Made by a program: the position numbers and the translations under genes. Below the pieces are notes generated by a model. The model made no database searches. It worked only from the letters and a program-made list of their open reading frames with translations, and was not told the DNA's origin. Positions 18,951-27,539 of a DNA stretch of 48,562 nucleotides are shown piece after piece. How positions within the stretch are numbered: the first letter of the stretch is position 1; the number at the start of each line of letters is the position of its first letter. This stretch comes from Candidatus Woesearchaeota archaeon (GTDB lineage Archaea > Nanobdellota > Nanobdellia > Woesearchaeales > WJIZ01), in contig JAAOYF010000016.1 in assembly GCA_018221205.1 (NCBI GenBank), forward strand, positions 1-48,562, in the 5' to 3' direction.

Positions 18951-19925
18951 ATGGATATTATCGCAGAACTCAAGGAAAAAGCTCAGAAGAATCCAAAAAG
19001 ACTTCTTTTTGTCGAAGGAGATGATATGAGGGTTGTGAAAGCTGCTGCATTATGTGCTGCAGCAAAAGTGTGCAAGCCAGTTGTCTTGGCGAAAAAGGAG
19101 TCTCAAGAGGATGCAAAGAAAGAGGGCATTGCTCTAGAAGGCATAGACTTCATCGATTATATCACTTCTGACAAGCTTGATGATTATGTTGCAAAACTTG
19201 TCGAATTGCGGAAGCACAAAGGCATGACAGAAGAGAAAGCGCGAGAATTATTGAAGAATCCTGCTTATTTCGGTGCGATGATGCTGAAACTGAAGGAAGT
19301 TGACGGCGCTGCTGGTGGAAATTCAATGTCGACAGCAGAATGGATGCGTCCAGTCTTCCAGGTTGTAGGCCCGAAAAAAGGAGTGAAGACTGTTTCGGCA
19401 GTATGCTTCATCCCGATGAAAGAGAAAGTTGTTTTCTTCGGGGACACTGATTTCATCATCGATCCGAATGTAGAACAGTTGGCACAGATCGCGATCAATG
19501 CAGCTGACTTTGCTAAGGGAATAGGCATAGAGCCGAAAGTTGCTTTATTGTCTTATTCCACCAAAGGAAGCGGCGAGCACGAGGTGTTAAAACCGATCAG
19601 AGAGGCATTAGCTCTTGTCAAGAAGCAAAGGCCAGATATCATTGTTGATGGAGAGATGCAGGTTGATGCAGCAGTCAATCCTAAAGCAGCACAGAAGAAA
19701 AGTCCAGATTCTCCTCTAAAAGGAGAGGCGAATGTACTTATCTTTCCTAACATCACTGTCGGGAATGTCCTGATACATAGTTTAGGACAGTGGACTGATT
19801 ACAAATTGTATGGAAGCTTTCCTGTAGGATTATCAAGGCCTGTCGCTAATGGGGGCAGGAGTTTCTCTCCAGAGCAGATATTTGAAAGCGTTGTGCCATT
19901 ATGTGCGGAGATCGCCCATGATTAG
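18951..19925 (+). CDS. Phosphate acetyl/butyryltransferase (Pta) family protein with divergent active-site residues
   Basis: EG.D.RV..AA, ELRKHKGMT, PKVALLSYSTKGS, DGEMQVDAA, ANVLIFP motifs. Confidence 0.85.
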   Translation: MDIIAELKEKAQKNPKRLLFVEGDDMRVVKAAALCAAAKVCKPVVLAKKESQEDAKKEGIALEGIDFIDYITSDKLDDYVAKLVELRKHKGMTEEKARELLKNPAYFGAMMLKLKEVDGAAGGNSMSTAEWMRPVFQVVGPKKGVKTVSAVCFIPMKEKVVFFGDTDFIIDPNVEQLAQIAINAADFAKGIGIEPKVALLSYSTKGSGEHEVLKPIREALALVKKQRPDIIVDGEMQVDAAVNPKAAQKKSPDSPLKGEANVLIFPNITVGNVLIHSLGQWTDYKLYGSFPVGLSRPVANGGRSFSPEQIFESVVPLCAEIAHD

Positions 19926-20763
19926 ATTTCTTGATTCTATCAAGAAAGAGGATATCGCTATTGTCGGCGGTAAAGGAGCCAACTTAGGAGAGATGTTCGG
20001 CACGTTTCCTGTACCGAATGGATTTGTCGTTACCACAAAAGCCTATCGTAATTTCCTCGAGATCAGGAAGATCAAGCAAGATCTGATGGAAAAACTTGAC
20101 AAGATCGATGTCGGCAACCATGAAGTTCTAGAAAAAATCTCAAAAGAAGTGAAGAAATTAATCCTAGATGAAGAGATCTTTGAGGATCTGGTGAAAGACA
20201 TCACCAAGGCATTAGAGAAACTGGAAGGCAAGAATTTTGCAGTCAGGAGTTCAGCAACAGCTGAAGATCTCATAACGGCATCATTTGCAGGACAGCAGGA
20301 TTCTTATTTGGATGTTGAAAGGAAGGATGTTGTTGAGGCAGTAAAGAAATGCTGGGCCTCTCTTTATAATCCAAGAGCGATCTATTATAGGCATGAGAAG
20401 AAGATCGGGCATGATGTGGAGATGGCTGTTGTTATCCAGGAGATGATTCCAGCTGATTTTGCTGGCGTGATGTTCACTGTAGACCCTATAAAGAAGAAAT
20501 TTCTGCTTATTGAGGCTGCTCCAGGCCTAGGAGAGCAGGTAGTCTCGGGCTCTATAACGCCTAGTAGTTTCATGCTTGATAGGAAAACCTTTGAAATTTT
20601 GGAGAAAAACGAGCAATATGAGCTAAATTTGGAGCTGATACCAGCTATCGGAAGGATAGGCATGGATATTGAAAAGAGCTATAAAAGGCCTCAAGATATT
20701 GAGTTTGCGGTCAAAGACAAAAAGATCCATATCCTTCAGTCAAGAGCCATAACTACGCTTTAA
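19918..20763 (+). CDS. Stand-alone PEP synthase/PPDK N-terminal ATP-grasp domain protein (281 aa, start reassigned to 19918)
   Basis: GGKGANLGE, AVRSSA.AED...ASFAGQQDSYL, MAVVIQEMI, AGVMFT.DP, GLGEQVVSG, PQDIEFA, LQSRAIT, then stop. Confidence 0.92.
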   Translation: MIRFLDSIKKEDIAIVGGKGANLGEMFGTFPVPNGFVVTTKAYRNFLEIRKIKQDLMEKLDKIDVGNHEVLEKISKEVKKLILDEEIFEDLVKDITKALEKLEGKNFAVRSSATAEDLITASFAGQQDSYLDVERKDVVEAVKKCWASLYNPRAIYYRHEKKIGHDVEMAVVIQEMIPADFAGVMFTVDPIKKKFLLIEAAPGLGEQVVSGSITPSSFMLDRKTFEILEKNEQYELNLELIPAIGRIGMDIEKSYKRPQDIEFAVKDKKIHILQSRAITTL

Positions 20764-20890
20764 TTTTTTTTGGATTTATTATTTTCTATATAGAAAATAA
20801 GTAAGAATGTGTATACAGAAATGCCCCCTATCGTCGAAACATTTATATACTAGTTATCTTATATTTCCTTACTAATTAGTAGTAAAAACT

Positions 20891-21853
20891 ATGAGGGATA
20901 TCATGGGAGAAGACTCTGATACCAGGGATTATGAAGAAATTCCTAGTGAGGAGACTGACGAAGAGGAAGAACAGGAGAATCATGAGGGGCCTAAAGGCCT
21001 TGAACATAGTCTTGCTGAGACTGATTCTGATACTATTGAGCGTATTGTCAATGAGAAGGATGATGCTGTTGAGCAACTGATGGCTGCTGGTCTTAGTTCT
21101 GAAGATGCAAGCCAGATGGTCAACAGCATGTATCAATCCAGGAATGAGCACAAGAATCATCATTGGGACATCTCTGGATTCGTCGAGAATATGAGGGCGT
21201 ATCTGAAAAGCAATCCTGGCCTGAAGAATATGGCTAAAGGAGCATGGTATCTCTTCAATGCACTCTTTGAGGGCAAGAGCGACAGGGATCCATTCAAAGA
21301 TATCGATAATGGCGCAGAGTATATCTTCCTGACAGGATATGCTGAAGTGCCGCGTGATATCAGCAAGTTCGAGAAAGAGCTTGGGAAGAAATGTGCATAT
21401 GTGAATGGCACAGATCCTGCCTATATCAAGAAAGTAGCTGCATATATGGCAGCCAAGCATGGCATTGCAGATTTCATTGTCTTCAGTGATGGCGGTAAAT
21501 CAGTGGAATCTGTATTGAATGATGGATTGAATAATGTGGGAAGCGTGCATGTCATCGGAAGCAACCCGGTCACTGTCAATCCTGAGAAAAGCGGCCCTGA
21601 GAGATATTCCCATCCACGAGTGCATTATTATAATGGAGAATGGGATCTGTTGGCCCATACAGAGGCAGAATATTCTACCAATTTCAAAGGAGTCAAGAAT
21701 GTGGAGGTGCTTAAGGATGCGGGGCATACATGGTTCTTCAGGGACAAAGGAACGATAAAGGACCTTGCCAGCAGGATCAACTCCCATCAGCACTTTGGCA
21801 GGAACTATCCTAGCCATGCTTCGATTGCGAAGCTCTATCAGAAGGCTGCGTAA
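20891..21853 (+). CDS. Hypothetical protein: acidic N-terminus, possible alpha/beta-hydrolase-like C-terminal domain
   Basis: VFSDGG, GEWDLL and DAGHTWF resemble a Ser-Asp-His arrangement; TATA-like TTTATATA upstream. Confidence 0.55.
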   Translation: MRDIMGEDSDTRDYEEIPSEETDEEEEQENHEGPKGLEHSLAETDSDTIERIVNEKDDAVEQLMAAGLSSEDASQMVNSMYQSRNEHKNHHWDISGFVENMRAYLKSNPGLKNMAKGAWYLFNALFEGKSDRDPFKDIDNGAEYIFLTGYAEVPRDISKFEKELGKKCAYVNGTDPAYIKKVAAYMAAKHGIADFIVFSDGGKSVESVLNDGLNNVGSVHVIGSNPVTVNPEKSGPERYSHPRVHYYNGEWDLLAHTEAEYSTNFKGVKNVEVLKDAGHTWFFRDKGTIKDLASRINSHQHFGRNYPSHASIAKLYQKAA

Positions 21854-21885
21854 GCTTTATAAAAGGGGTAAGAATACATTGCACG

Positions 21886-22077
21886 ATGGGACGAATAAAA
21901 ACAAGAGTGTTGAAATCAGCTACGAGAGATATTTTGGAGAGGCACGGTGATAAGTTTGACACTGACTTTGAGAAGAATAAACTCGCGGTCAATGAGGCAG
22001 CAGATATCTCCAGCAAGAAATTAAGGAATATCATTGCAGGCTATGCCACTCGACTCAAGAAATTACGCAAGTATTAG
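21886..22077 (+). CDS. rps17e: 30S ribosomal protein S17e
   Basis: MGRIKT...F..DFEKNK...SKKLRNIIAGY.T. Confidence 0.95.
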   Translation: MGRIKTRVLKSATRDILERHGDKFDTDFEKNKLAVNEAADISSKKLRNIIAGYATRLKKLRKY

Positions 22078-22087
22078 GGTGACAGAA

Positions 22088-22372
22088 ATGGGGGAAGACA
22101 ACTCTATCTTTATAGGCGGTAAGCCTTTCATGAACTATGTAACTGGAGTGGTCATGCAGTTCACCACAAAAAGCGCCACTGAAGTCATTGTCAAAGCAAG
22201 AGGGAAATTCATCAGCAGGGCGGTCGATGTCGTTGAAGTGGCCACCAAGAGATTCTTGGAAGGAACATCAACCATCAAAGACATAAAGATAGATTCTGAA
22301 GAGTTCACCAATAAAGAAGGCAAGCAAGTCCGAGTCAGCACCATTGAAATAGTGCTCGGAAAAAATTCCTAA
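22088..22372 (+). CDS. albA: DNA/RNA-binding protein Alba (start reassigned to 22088)
   Basis: IFIGGKPFMNYV...VKARGKFISRAVDV...VSTIEI; GGGTGA SD. Confidence 0.95.
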   Translation: MGEDNSIFIGGKPFMNYVTGVVMQFTTKSATEVIVKARGKFISRAVDVVEVATKRFLEGTSTIKDIKIDSEEFTNKEGKQVRVSTIEIVLGKNS

Positions 22373-22383
22373 GGGGGCGGAAA

Positions 22384-22464
22384 ATGAAGGTAGAGACCTA
22401 TAACCTAAACTATGGTATGTGGAAAAGGATCCATTATTTCTTCAAGGATACATTCAGACATTAA
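22384..22464 (+). CDS. Possible 26-aa small protein MKVETYNLNYGMWKRIHYFFKDTFRH
   Basis: Translated by hand; G-rich SD-like GGGGGCGG just upstream, follows Alba, ends before a T-run. Confidence 0.35.
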   Translation: MKVETYNLNYGMWKRIHYFFKDTFRH

Positions 22465-22495
22465 TTTTTTAAACCTCTTTTGAATTTTCTTTCTT

Positions 22496-24196
22496 ATGAA
22501 GAAGAATCAACTCTTTATGCTGATCATTGTCCTGTTGAGCTTCATCAGCTATGGCAACATCCTCTTCAATGGACTTGTGTGGGATGATGAACGTTTCATC
22601 ATAGACAGGCCTGAAACAAGGCAGATCGGCAGCACGTTGAACTATTTCACTGAAGACTTCTTTCAGCTCTATAGGCCTGTCAGGGAACTGTTCTACTATC
22701 TTGCCTTCAAGTCATTTGATCTCAATCCTCTGCCTTATCATCTCTTCTCTATCATATTGCATGCTCTTGCTTCTGTGATGATCTTTCTCATCATTGCGAA
22801 ACTTTTCAATGAGAAGTTAGGATTCTTTGCTGCTGCGCTGTTTGCTGTGCACCCCATCCATGTGGGCAGGGTGGCTAATGCGACTGCCAGCTTTGATATC
22901 ATCGGATTGATCTTTTACCTCTTGAGCTTCTATCTCTACGTACGATTTCGTGACTCTAACAGGAGATCTTTTCTTGTCAGCTCAATCATTGTCTTTGTCC
23001 TTGGATTGCTCTCATCTGAGGAATTGTTCACTTTACCTTTGCTTATCGGCCTGTATGAATTTGTTTTCCGTCGAAAGAGCATGAATTATAAGGCAACCAG
23101 CCCCTATTTCATCTTCTTAGCATTATTCCTCTTCTGGAGGATCATCATCCTGCAGATCTCAGCACGTGTCGGCGCGTATCCTGGTGGATCTGCTTTTGTC
23201 TCTTTCCTGACCATGCCGAAAGTGCTTTTAGAATATATCTTTCTGGTCGTGTGGCCTGTCCAATTGAGTCCTTTTAGGGGTGTTGATTTTGTCTCTGTTC
23301 TTTTCAGCCCTCTGTTTTTGATACCTTTGATCATCCTTATAGCTATCATCAGATATATCTATGTCAAGAGACATAGTGATAAAGTGCTCTTTTTCGTCGG
23401 ATTCTTCATCATTACTATGCTGCCTTTCCTGAACATCACTCCCCTGACCAAGATCATGGCAGAGCGATATTTTTACCTTGCATCATTGAGCATCATCGTG
23501 GGCATCGCTTCGTTGATATTTTTACTGAAGAAGAAATGGCATTATCCTGTTTTGATCATCTTATTGATAGTCTTTTCTGGATTGACCGTATGGCAGAACA
23601 CCTTCTGGAAAGATGATTTCAACCTGATGACCAGGGGAGTGGAGATCAATCCTGACAGTTCTCGTGCACATAATAACCTCGGGAATTATTATTTCAATCT
23701 TGGACAGCTGAATCGAGCTTTTACCCATTTCAGAGAATCGGTGCGGTCTGATCCCTCTAACCATAGGGCATGGGTCAATCTCGGAGTGTATTTTACTGCA
23801 GTGGAAGATTATAATAATTCGTTGAATGCACTGAGAACAGCTCTGAGACTCACTCCTGAGAATTATAACGCCTATGAGAAATTGGGGAATGCGTATGCCG
23901 GTCTGGGAGAATATGATAAGGCTCTTGACGCCTATGGCAGCTCAATCCAGCTCAATCCTGATTATTACAAAGCATATGCACGGCTTGGAAGCTTGTTCGG
24001 CAATTCAGGAAACTTGACTGTGGCGAAAGGATTTTTGGAGAGGGCAATCGAGCTTAATCCTTATTATGCTGAACCCTACTTCAATCTCGGCATCCTTTAT
24101 GAGAAAGTAGGGGAGATGAGTACGGCGCAGCAATACTACAAAGTGGCTGCTCAATTGGATCCTGATAACAGACAATATGCTTCAAAAGTGCGGTAG
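22496..24196 (+). CDS. TMTC-like GT-C membrane glycosyltransferase with C-terminal TPR repeats
   Basis: WDD, YRP, LFAVHPIH and AERY.Y motifs, many hydrophobic segments, repeated TPR units (AHNNLG, A.VNLG, AY.KLG, YFNLG). Confidence 0.85.
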   Translation: MKKNQLFMLIIVLLSFISYGNILFNGLVWDDERFIIDRPETRQIGSTLNYFTEDFFQLYRPVRELFYYLAFKSFDLNPLPYHLFSIILHALASVMIFLIIAKLFNEKLGFFAAALFAVHPIHVGRVANATASFDIIGLIFYLLSFYLYVRFRDSNRRSFLVSSIIVFVLGLLSSEELFTLPLLIGLYEFVFRRKSMNYKATSPYFIFLALFLFWRIIILQISARVGAYPGGSAFVSFLTMPKVLLEYIFLVVWPVQLSPFRGVDFVSVLFSPLFLIPLIILIAIIRYIYVKRHSDKVLFFVGFFIITMLPFLNITPLTKIMAERYFYLASLSIIVGIASLIFLLKKKWHYPVLIILLIVFSGLTVWQNTFWKDDFNLMTRGVEINPDSSRAHNNLGNYYFNLGQLNRAFTHFRESVRSDPSNHRAWVNLGVYFTAVEDYNNSLNALRTALRLTPENYNAYEKLGNAYAGLGEYDKALDAYGSSIQLNPDYYKAYARLGSLFGNSGNLTVAKGFLERAIELNPYYAEPYFNLGILYEKVGEMSTAQQYYKVAAQLDPDNRQYASKVR

Positions 24197-24227
24197 ATTT
24201 TTAAATCGATATATATCTTTTCTTTGA

Positions 24228-24318
24228 CATGGGCCTGTAGCGACTGGTTACGCGCGGTCGACACGCAAGGTGGGTTTCCTCCCTTCGGTCGTCAAGCCCA
24301 CGAAAAAGGAAACACCAT
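24228..24318 (+). other. tRNA 5'-half-like partial duplicate followed by a palindromic element
   Basis: CATGGGCCTGTAGC at 24228 is repeated exactly at 24316; GCGGTCG is also shared; GTGGGTTT/AAGCCCAC stem at 24270-24301. Confidence 0.55.
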
Positions 24319-24431
24319 GGGCCTGTAGCATAGCCTGGAAGTCCTAGGCTGGGTACATAGTGCGGTCGGCTTCGGACAAGCCTAAGCTTGTAAGATACCG
24401 ATTGACGGGGGTTCGAATCCTCCCAGGCTCA
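24319..24431 (+). tRNA. tRNA-Arg(TCG) with two introns (D-loop ~24340-24357, 18 nt; 37/38 24376-24396, 21 nt)
   Basis: GGGCCTG/CAGGCTC acceptor stem, GTCGG/CCGAT anticodon stem, CT-TCG-G loop, GGGGG-TTCGAAT-CCTCC T arm; removing both inserts gives a standard cloverleaf. Confidence 0.85.
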
Positions 24432-24434
24432 TAA

Positions 24435-24497
24435 GAGATTTTTGCAAAAAATCTCGTAAAAAGAGGGCGACGTTCGGAGCAAAGCTCCTCAGTCCCC
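24435..24497. repeat. Paired triloop hairpins downstream of tRNA-Arg
   Basis: GAGATTTTT-GCA-AAAAATCTC (24435-24455) and GGAGC-AAA-GCTCC (24476-24488). Confidence 0.7.
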
Positions 24498-24545
24498 CAA
24501 ATTCACTTCATAAACTTTTTATATTACCTGTTCTCAGAAAAAGGC

Positions 24546-24965
24546 ATGACTCTAGTGAAAGATCTGATGCAGACTCCTCCAGTAACCTTGACAAAAGGCA
24601 CTCCGGTCGCGATGGCAGCGCACATGATGAAAGAGAAAGGCATAGGCTTCATCGTCATTGTGGAAAATCCATCTGATAAGCGGCTGGTGGGTGTTGTCAG
24701 TGATACTGATTTTGTCAGAAAGGTGCTTCATGACAAGCTTGATCCTGAAAAAGTGAAAGTGGATGATGTCATGAGCACCCTTGTCAGAACAACCTCTCCA
24801 GATACTGAACTGGTGGATGCTATCGAAGTCGTCTGCAAGGAAAGATTGAAGAGATTGCCCGTTATACAGGACGGCCAGGTTGTTGGTATACTCTCGATAA
24901 CAGATGTCATCCCTCTGTTTCTGGATTATAAGAAAAAACTTCTCGACCTTGCTTTAGGATTCTAA
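24546..24965 (+). CDS. Stand-alone CBS-domain pair protein
   Basis: VKDLM..PP...LVGVVSDTD, V.DVMS...LPVI..G.VVGILSITD. Confidence 0.9.
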   Translation: MTLVKDLMQTPPVTLTKGTPVAMAAHMMKEKGIGFIVIVENPSDKRLVGVVSDTDFVRKVLHDKLDPEKVKVDDVMSTLVRTTSPDTELVDAIEVVCKERLKRLPVIQDGQVVGILSITDVIPLFLDYKKKLLDLALGF

Positions 24966-25007
24966 ACATTTTTAAATCAGACATCTAAAGAAGAAGTAGG
25001 TGATATC

Positions 25008-25175
25008 ATGGTCGATAAAAGATTTTTAGATTATATGGACAATGCACTCCAGCAATATCAGAGATATTCAAAAATGGAGAAAAAAGGAACGCTTACTTTT
25101 GATGAATTCCTGCTTCTGATCCTTACCTGGAAAACAGAAGAAATATTGGAGAGATTGGAAACTAAGCTCACTTAG
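25008..25175 (+). CDS. Small hypothetical protein (55 aa; MVDKRFLDYMDNALQQY...ERLETKLT), absent from the ORF track
   Basis: Translated by hand; AGGTGA SD and TTTTTAAAT TATA-like box upstream; fills the gap up to the convergent gdh stop. Confidence 0.7.
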   Translation: MVDKRFLDYMDNALQQYQRYSKMEKKGTLTFDEFLLLILTWKTEEILERLETKLT

Positions 25176-26466
25176 ACAGCCATTCATGGCCGCCCTTTGC
25201 TTCTATGGCTTCCTTTATCCTCTTCAAGCCGACGAGATAAGCTGCTGTACGCATGCTTACCTTGTGTTTCTTCATCGAATGGAAGACCTGCGAAAAGCTT
25301 GTCATCATCTTCTCTTCGAGTTTCTTGAACACATCGTCTTCAGTCCAGTACATACCATATTTATTCTGGACCCACTCGAAATAGCTGACAATGACTCCGC
25401 CTGAATTTGCTAGGATATCGGGAACAACAGTAACGCCTTTCTTCTTTAGGATCTCATCTGCCTCTTTGGTTGTAGGACCGTTCGCCAACTCAATGATCAT
25501 CTTTGCCTTGATGTTATTAGCATTCTCTTTTGTTATCTGGTTCTCAAGAGCTGCCGGTATAAGCACATCGACATCTAATTCCAGCAAGGTGTCATTTGTC
25601 ATCTCTGTAGCACCCTCACAATGATCACAAAGGGAGATCTTTGAAGGCATTCCTTTCACTCTCGCGTCTTTTGCCTTCGCTATACTGGTGATATCCAGCC
25701 CATCTTTTTTGTAGGCAGCTCCGTGTGAATCAGATACGGCAACAACTTTATAGCCCTCTTCATGCAGGAATTTTGCCATATTCTTTCCTGCGTTTCCGAA
25801 GCCTTGGATTGCGATAGTGATATTCTTGTCCAGACCGAGCTCTTTCACCAGCTCTCTGAAGACATAGTAGCCTCCTAAAGCGGTTGCGACTCTTCTTCCT
25901 TGCGAGCCTCCAAGGTTGATAGGTTTGCCGGTGATGACAGCAGGATTCTGCTTCCTTGTTATCTGGTTGTACTCGTCCATCATCCAGCCCATAATCGTTT
26001 CATTCGTATAGACATCAGGAGCAGGAATATCTTTATCAGGGCCGATGAAATCAGCCATCGCTTCCATATAGGCACGGCTGACGTGTTCTAATTCTCTCAA
26101 TGAAAGGCTTTTCGGATTCACTGCCACACCGCCTTTGGCACCGCCGAAAGGAATATTTGCAATCGCGCATTTGAAGGTCATCCAGAACGATAAGGCTTTG
26201 ACTTCGTCGGCGTGCACATCAGGGTGGAAACGGATGCCGCCTTTTGTAGGACCAAGTATATCATTATGATGCACCCTGATGGCAGGAAAGACATTTATTT
26301 TACCATTGTCCATCCTCACAGCCAGGCTTGCCATGAATATTTCTTTAGGGCTTTCGAGAAGTTTTACGGTGTTTTCGTCGATCTCAATGAATTTATAGGC
26401 CTTCCTAATCTGGGCCAGAGCGTTGTCATACACCCCCGTCTTACAATGATCCATCACAAAAACCAT
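25168..26466 (-). CDS. gdhA: Glu/Leu/Phe/Val dehydrogenase, probably glutamate dehydrogenase
   Basis: GPTKGGIRFHP, PFGGAKGG, DIPAPDV.T, ITGKP..LGGS.GR, QGFGNAG, ANGPTT, PDILANSGGV.VSYFEWVQN. Confidence 0.93.
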   Translation of the reverse strand: MVFVMDHCKTGVYDNALAQIRKAYKFIEIDENTVKLLESPKEIFMASLAVRMDNGKINVFPAIRVHHNDILGPTKGGIRFHPDVHADEVKALSFWMTFKCAIANIPFGGAKGGVAVNPKSLSLRELEHVSRAYMEAMADFIGPDKDIPAPDVYTNETIMGWMMDEYNQITRKQNPAVITGKPINLGGSQGRRVATALGGYYVFRELVKELGLDKNITIAIQGFGNAGKNMAKFLHEEGYKVVAVSDSHGAAYKKDGLDITSIAKAKDARVKGMPSKISLCDHCEGATEMTNDTLLELDVDVLIPAALENQITKENANNIKAKMIIELANGPTTKEADEILKKKGVTVVPDILANSGGVIVSYFEWVQNKYGMYWTEDDVFKKLEEKMMTSFSQVFHSMKKHKVSMRTAAYLVGLKRIKEAIEAKGGHEWLSK

Positions 26467-26576
26467 TTATTGTACCTCGAGGTGAAATAGCTGAACGCAC
26501 TAGTTTTTAAATGTTATCAAAATGAAGGCAAGAAACCATAAACTATATATAGATGAGGATTTGCTATTATTGTAAA

Positions 26577-27539
26577 ATGGTAATAGATAAATCTAACATG
26601 CGGCAAGTTCTCACTGATTTTCCACAACAATGTCGAGAAGGGATGGGATTGGCTAAAGGAGTTACTGTAAAAGGACAGTTCAACAACATCTTGGTGTGCG
26701 GCATGGGCGGATCTGCCATAGCAGGAGATCTGCTGAAGATGTATGTCACAGACAAGCCAGTCTATGTCGTGAAAGATTATCGGATCCCTGATTTTGTCGA
26801 CCAGCATACTCTTGTCTTTGCGGTCAGCTATTCCGGCAACACTGAAGAGACCTTAAGCACTTTAGTCGAGGCCAAGAACCGAGGAGCGAAAGTCGTCGGT
26901 ATAACCACAGGCGGTCAGCTTGCTGATCTCGCCGATACGCTGATAAAAGTGCCTGCAGGGCTTCAACCAAGGAATGCTGTAGGATATCTGTTCTTCCCCA
27001 TCATAGGCATCCTCTATAATTCAGGCATCATTGAAGTGAAGAACAATGACCTGAACGAGATGCTCAAAGTCGTCGGAGATATTAATTATTTTGATGAGAA
27101 AGGAAAAGAGCTTGCGATGAAGATCAAGGATAAGACTGCGATCATCTATAGTTCTGCAACCCTAGGGGCATGCGCCTATCGTTTCAAATGTGAGATCAAT
27201 GAGAATGCCAAAAGCCCTGCTTTCTTCCATGTCTTTCCAGAGATGTGCCATAATGAGATTGTCGGCTTTGAAGGGATGGAAAGGAGCAAGTTCGTGATCC
27301 TTCTGGTGAGGAACAGGTCGGACCATGAGCGCATCAAGAAAAGGATGGAGGTCTGCAAGGATCTCTTTGAAGAAAGAGTGGATGTCGAGGAGATGACTTC
27401 TTTGGGAGATTCTCTCTTGGCGAAGATGTTCTCTATCATATATTTAGGAGACTGGACAAGCTATCATCTGGCGATGTGGAAGAGGATAGACCCTACACCA
27501 GTCCATGTCATCGAGAATCTGAAGAGGGCGCTGGGATGA
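26577..27539 (+). CDS. Bifunctional phosphoglucose/phosphomannose isomerase (start reassigned to 26577)
   Basis: GMGGSAIAGD, SYSGNTEET, QPR.A, ENAK, PEMCHNEI, DPTPV..IE.LK. Confidence 0.92.
   Translation: MVIDKSNMRQVLTDFPQQCREGMGLAKGVTVKGQFNNILVCGMGGSAIAGDLLKMYVTDKPVYVVKDYRIPDFVDQHTLVFAVSYSGNTEETLSTLVEAKNRGAKVVGITTGGQLADLADTLIKVPAGLQPRNAVGYLFFPIIGILYNSGIIEVKNNDLNEMLKVVGDINYFDEKGKELAMKIKDKTAIIYSSATLGACAYRFKCEINENAKSPAFFHVFPEMCHNEIVGFEGMERSKFVILLVRNRSDHERIKKRMEVCKDLFEERVDVEEMTSLGDSLLAKMFSIIYLGDWTSYHLAMWKRIDPTPVHVIENLKRALG

Noticed and set aside
4508..20763. Calling the locus PEP synthase (ppsA), PPDK or PTS enzyme I, or their pseudogene fragments
   Set aside because: No pyruvate/PEP-binding TIM barrel is encoded, the His domains are C-terminal, and all ORFs are intact and coupled
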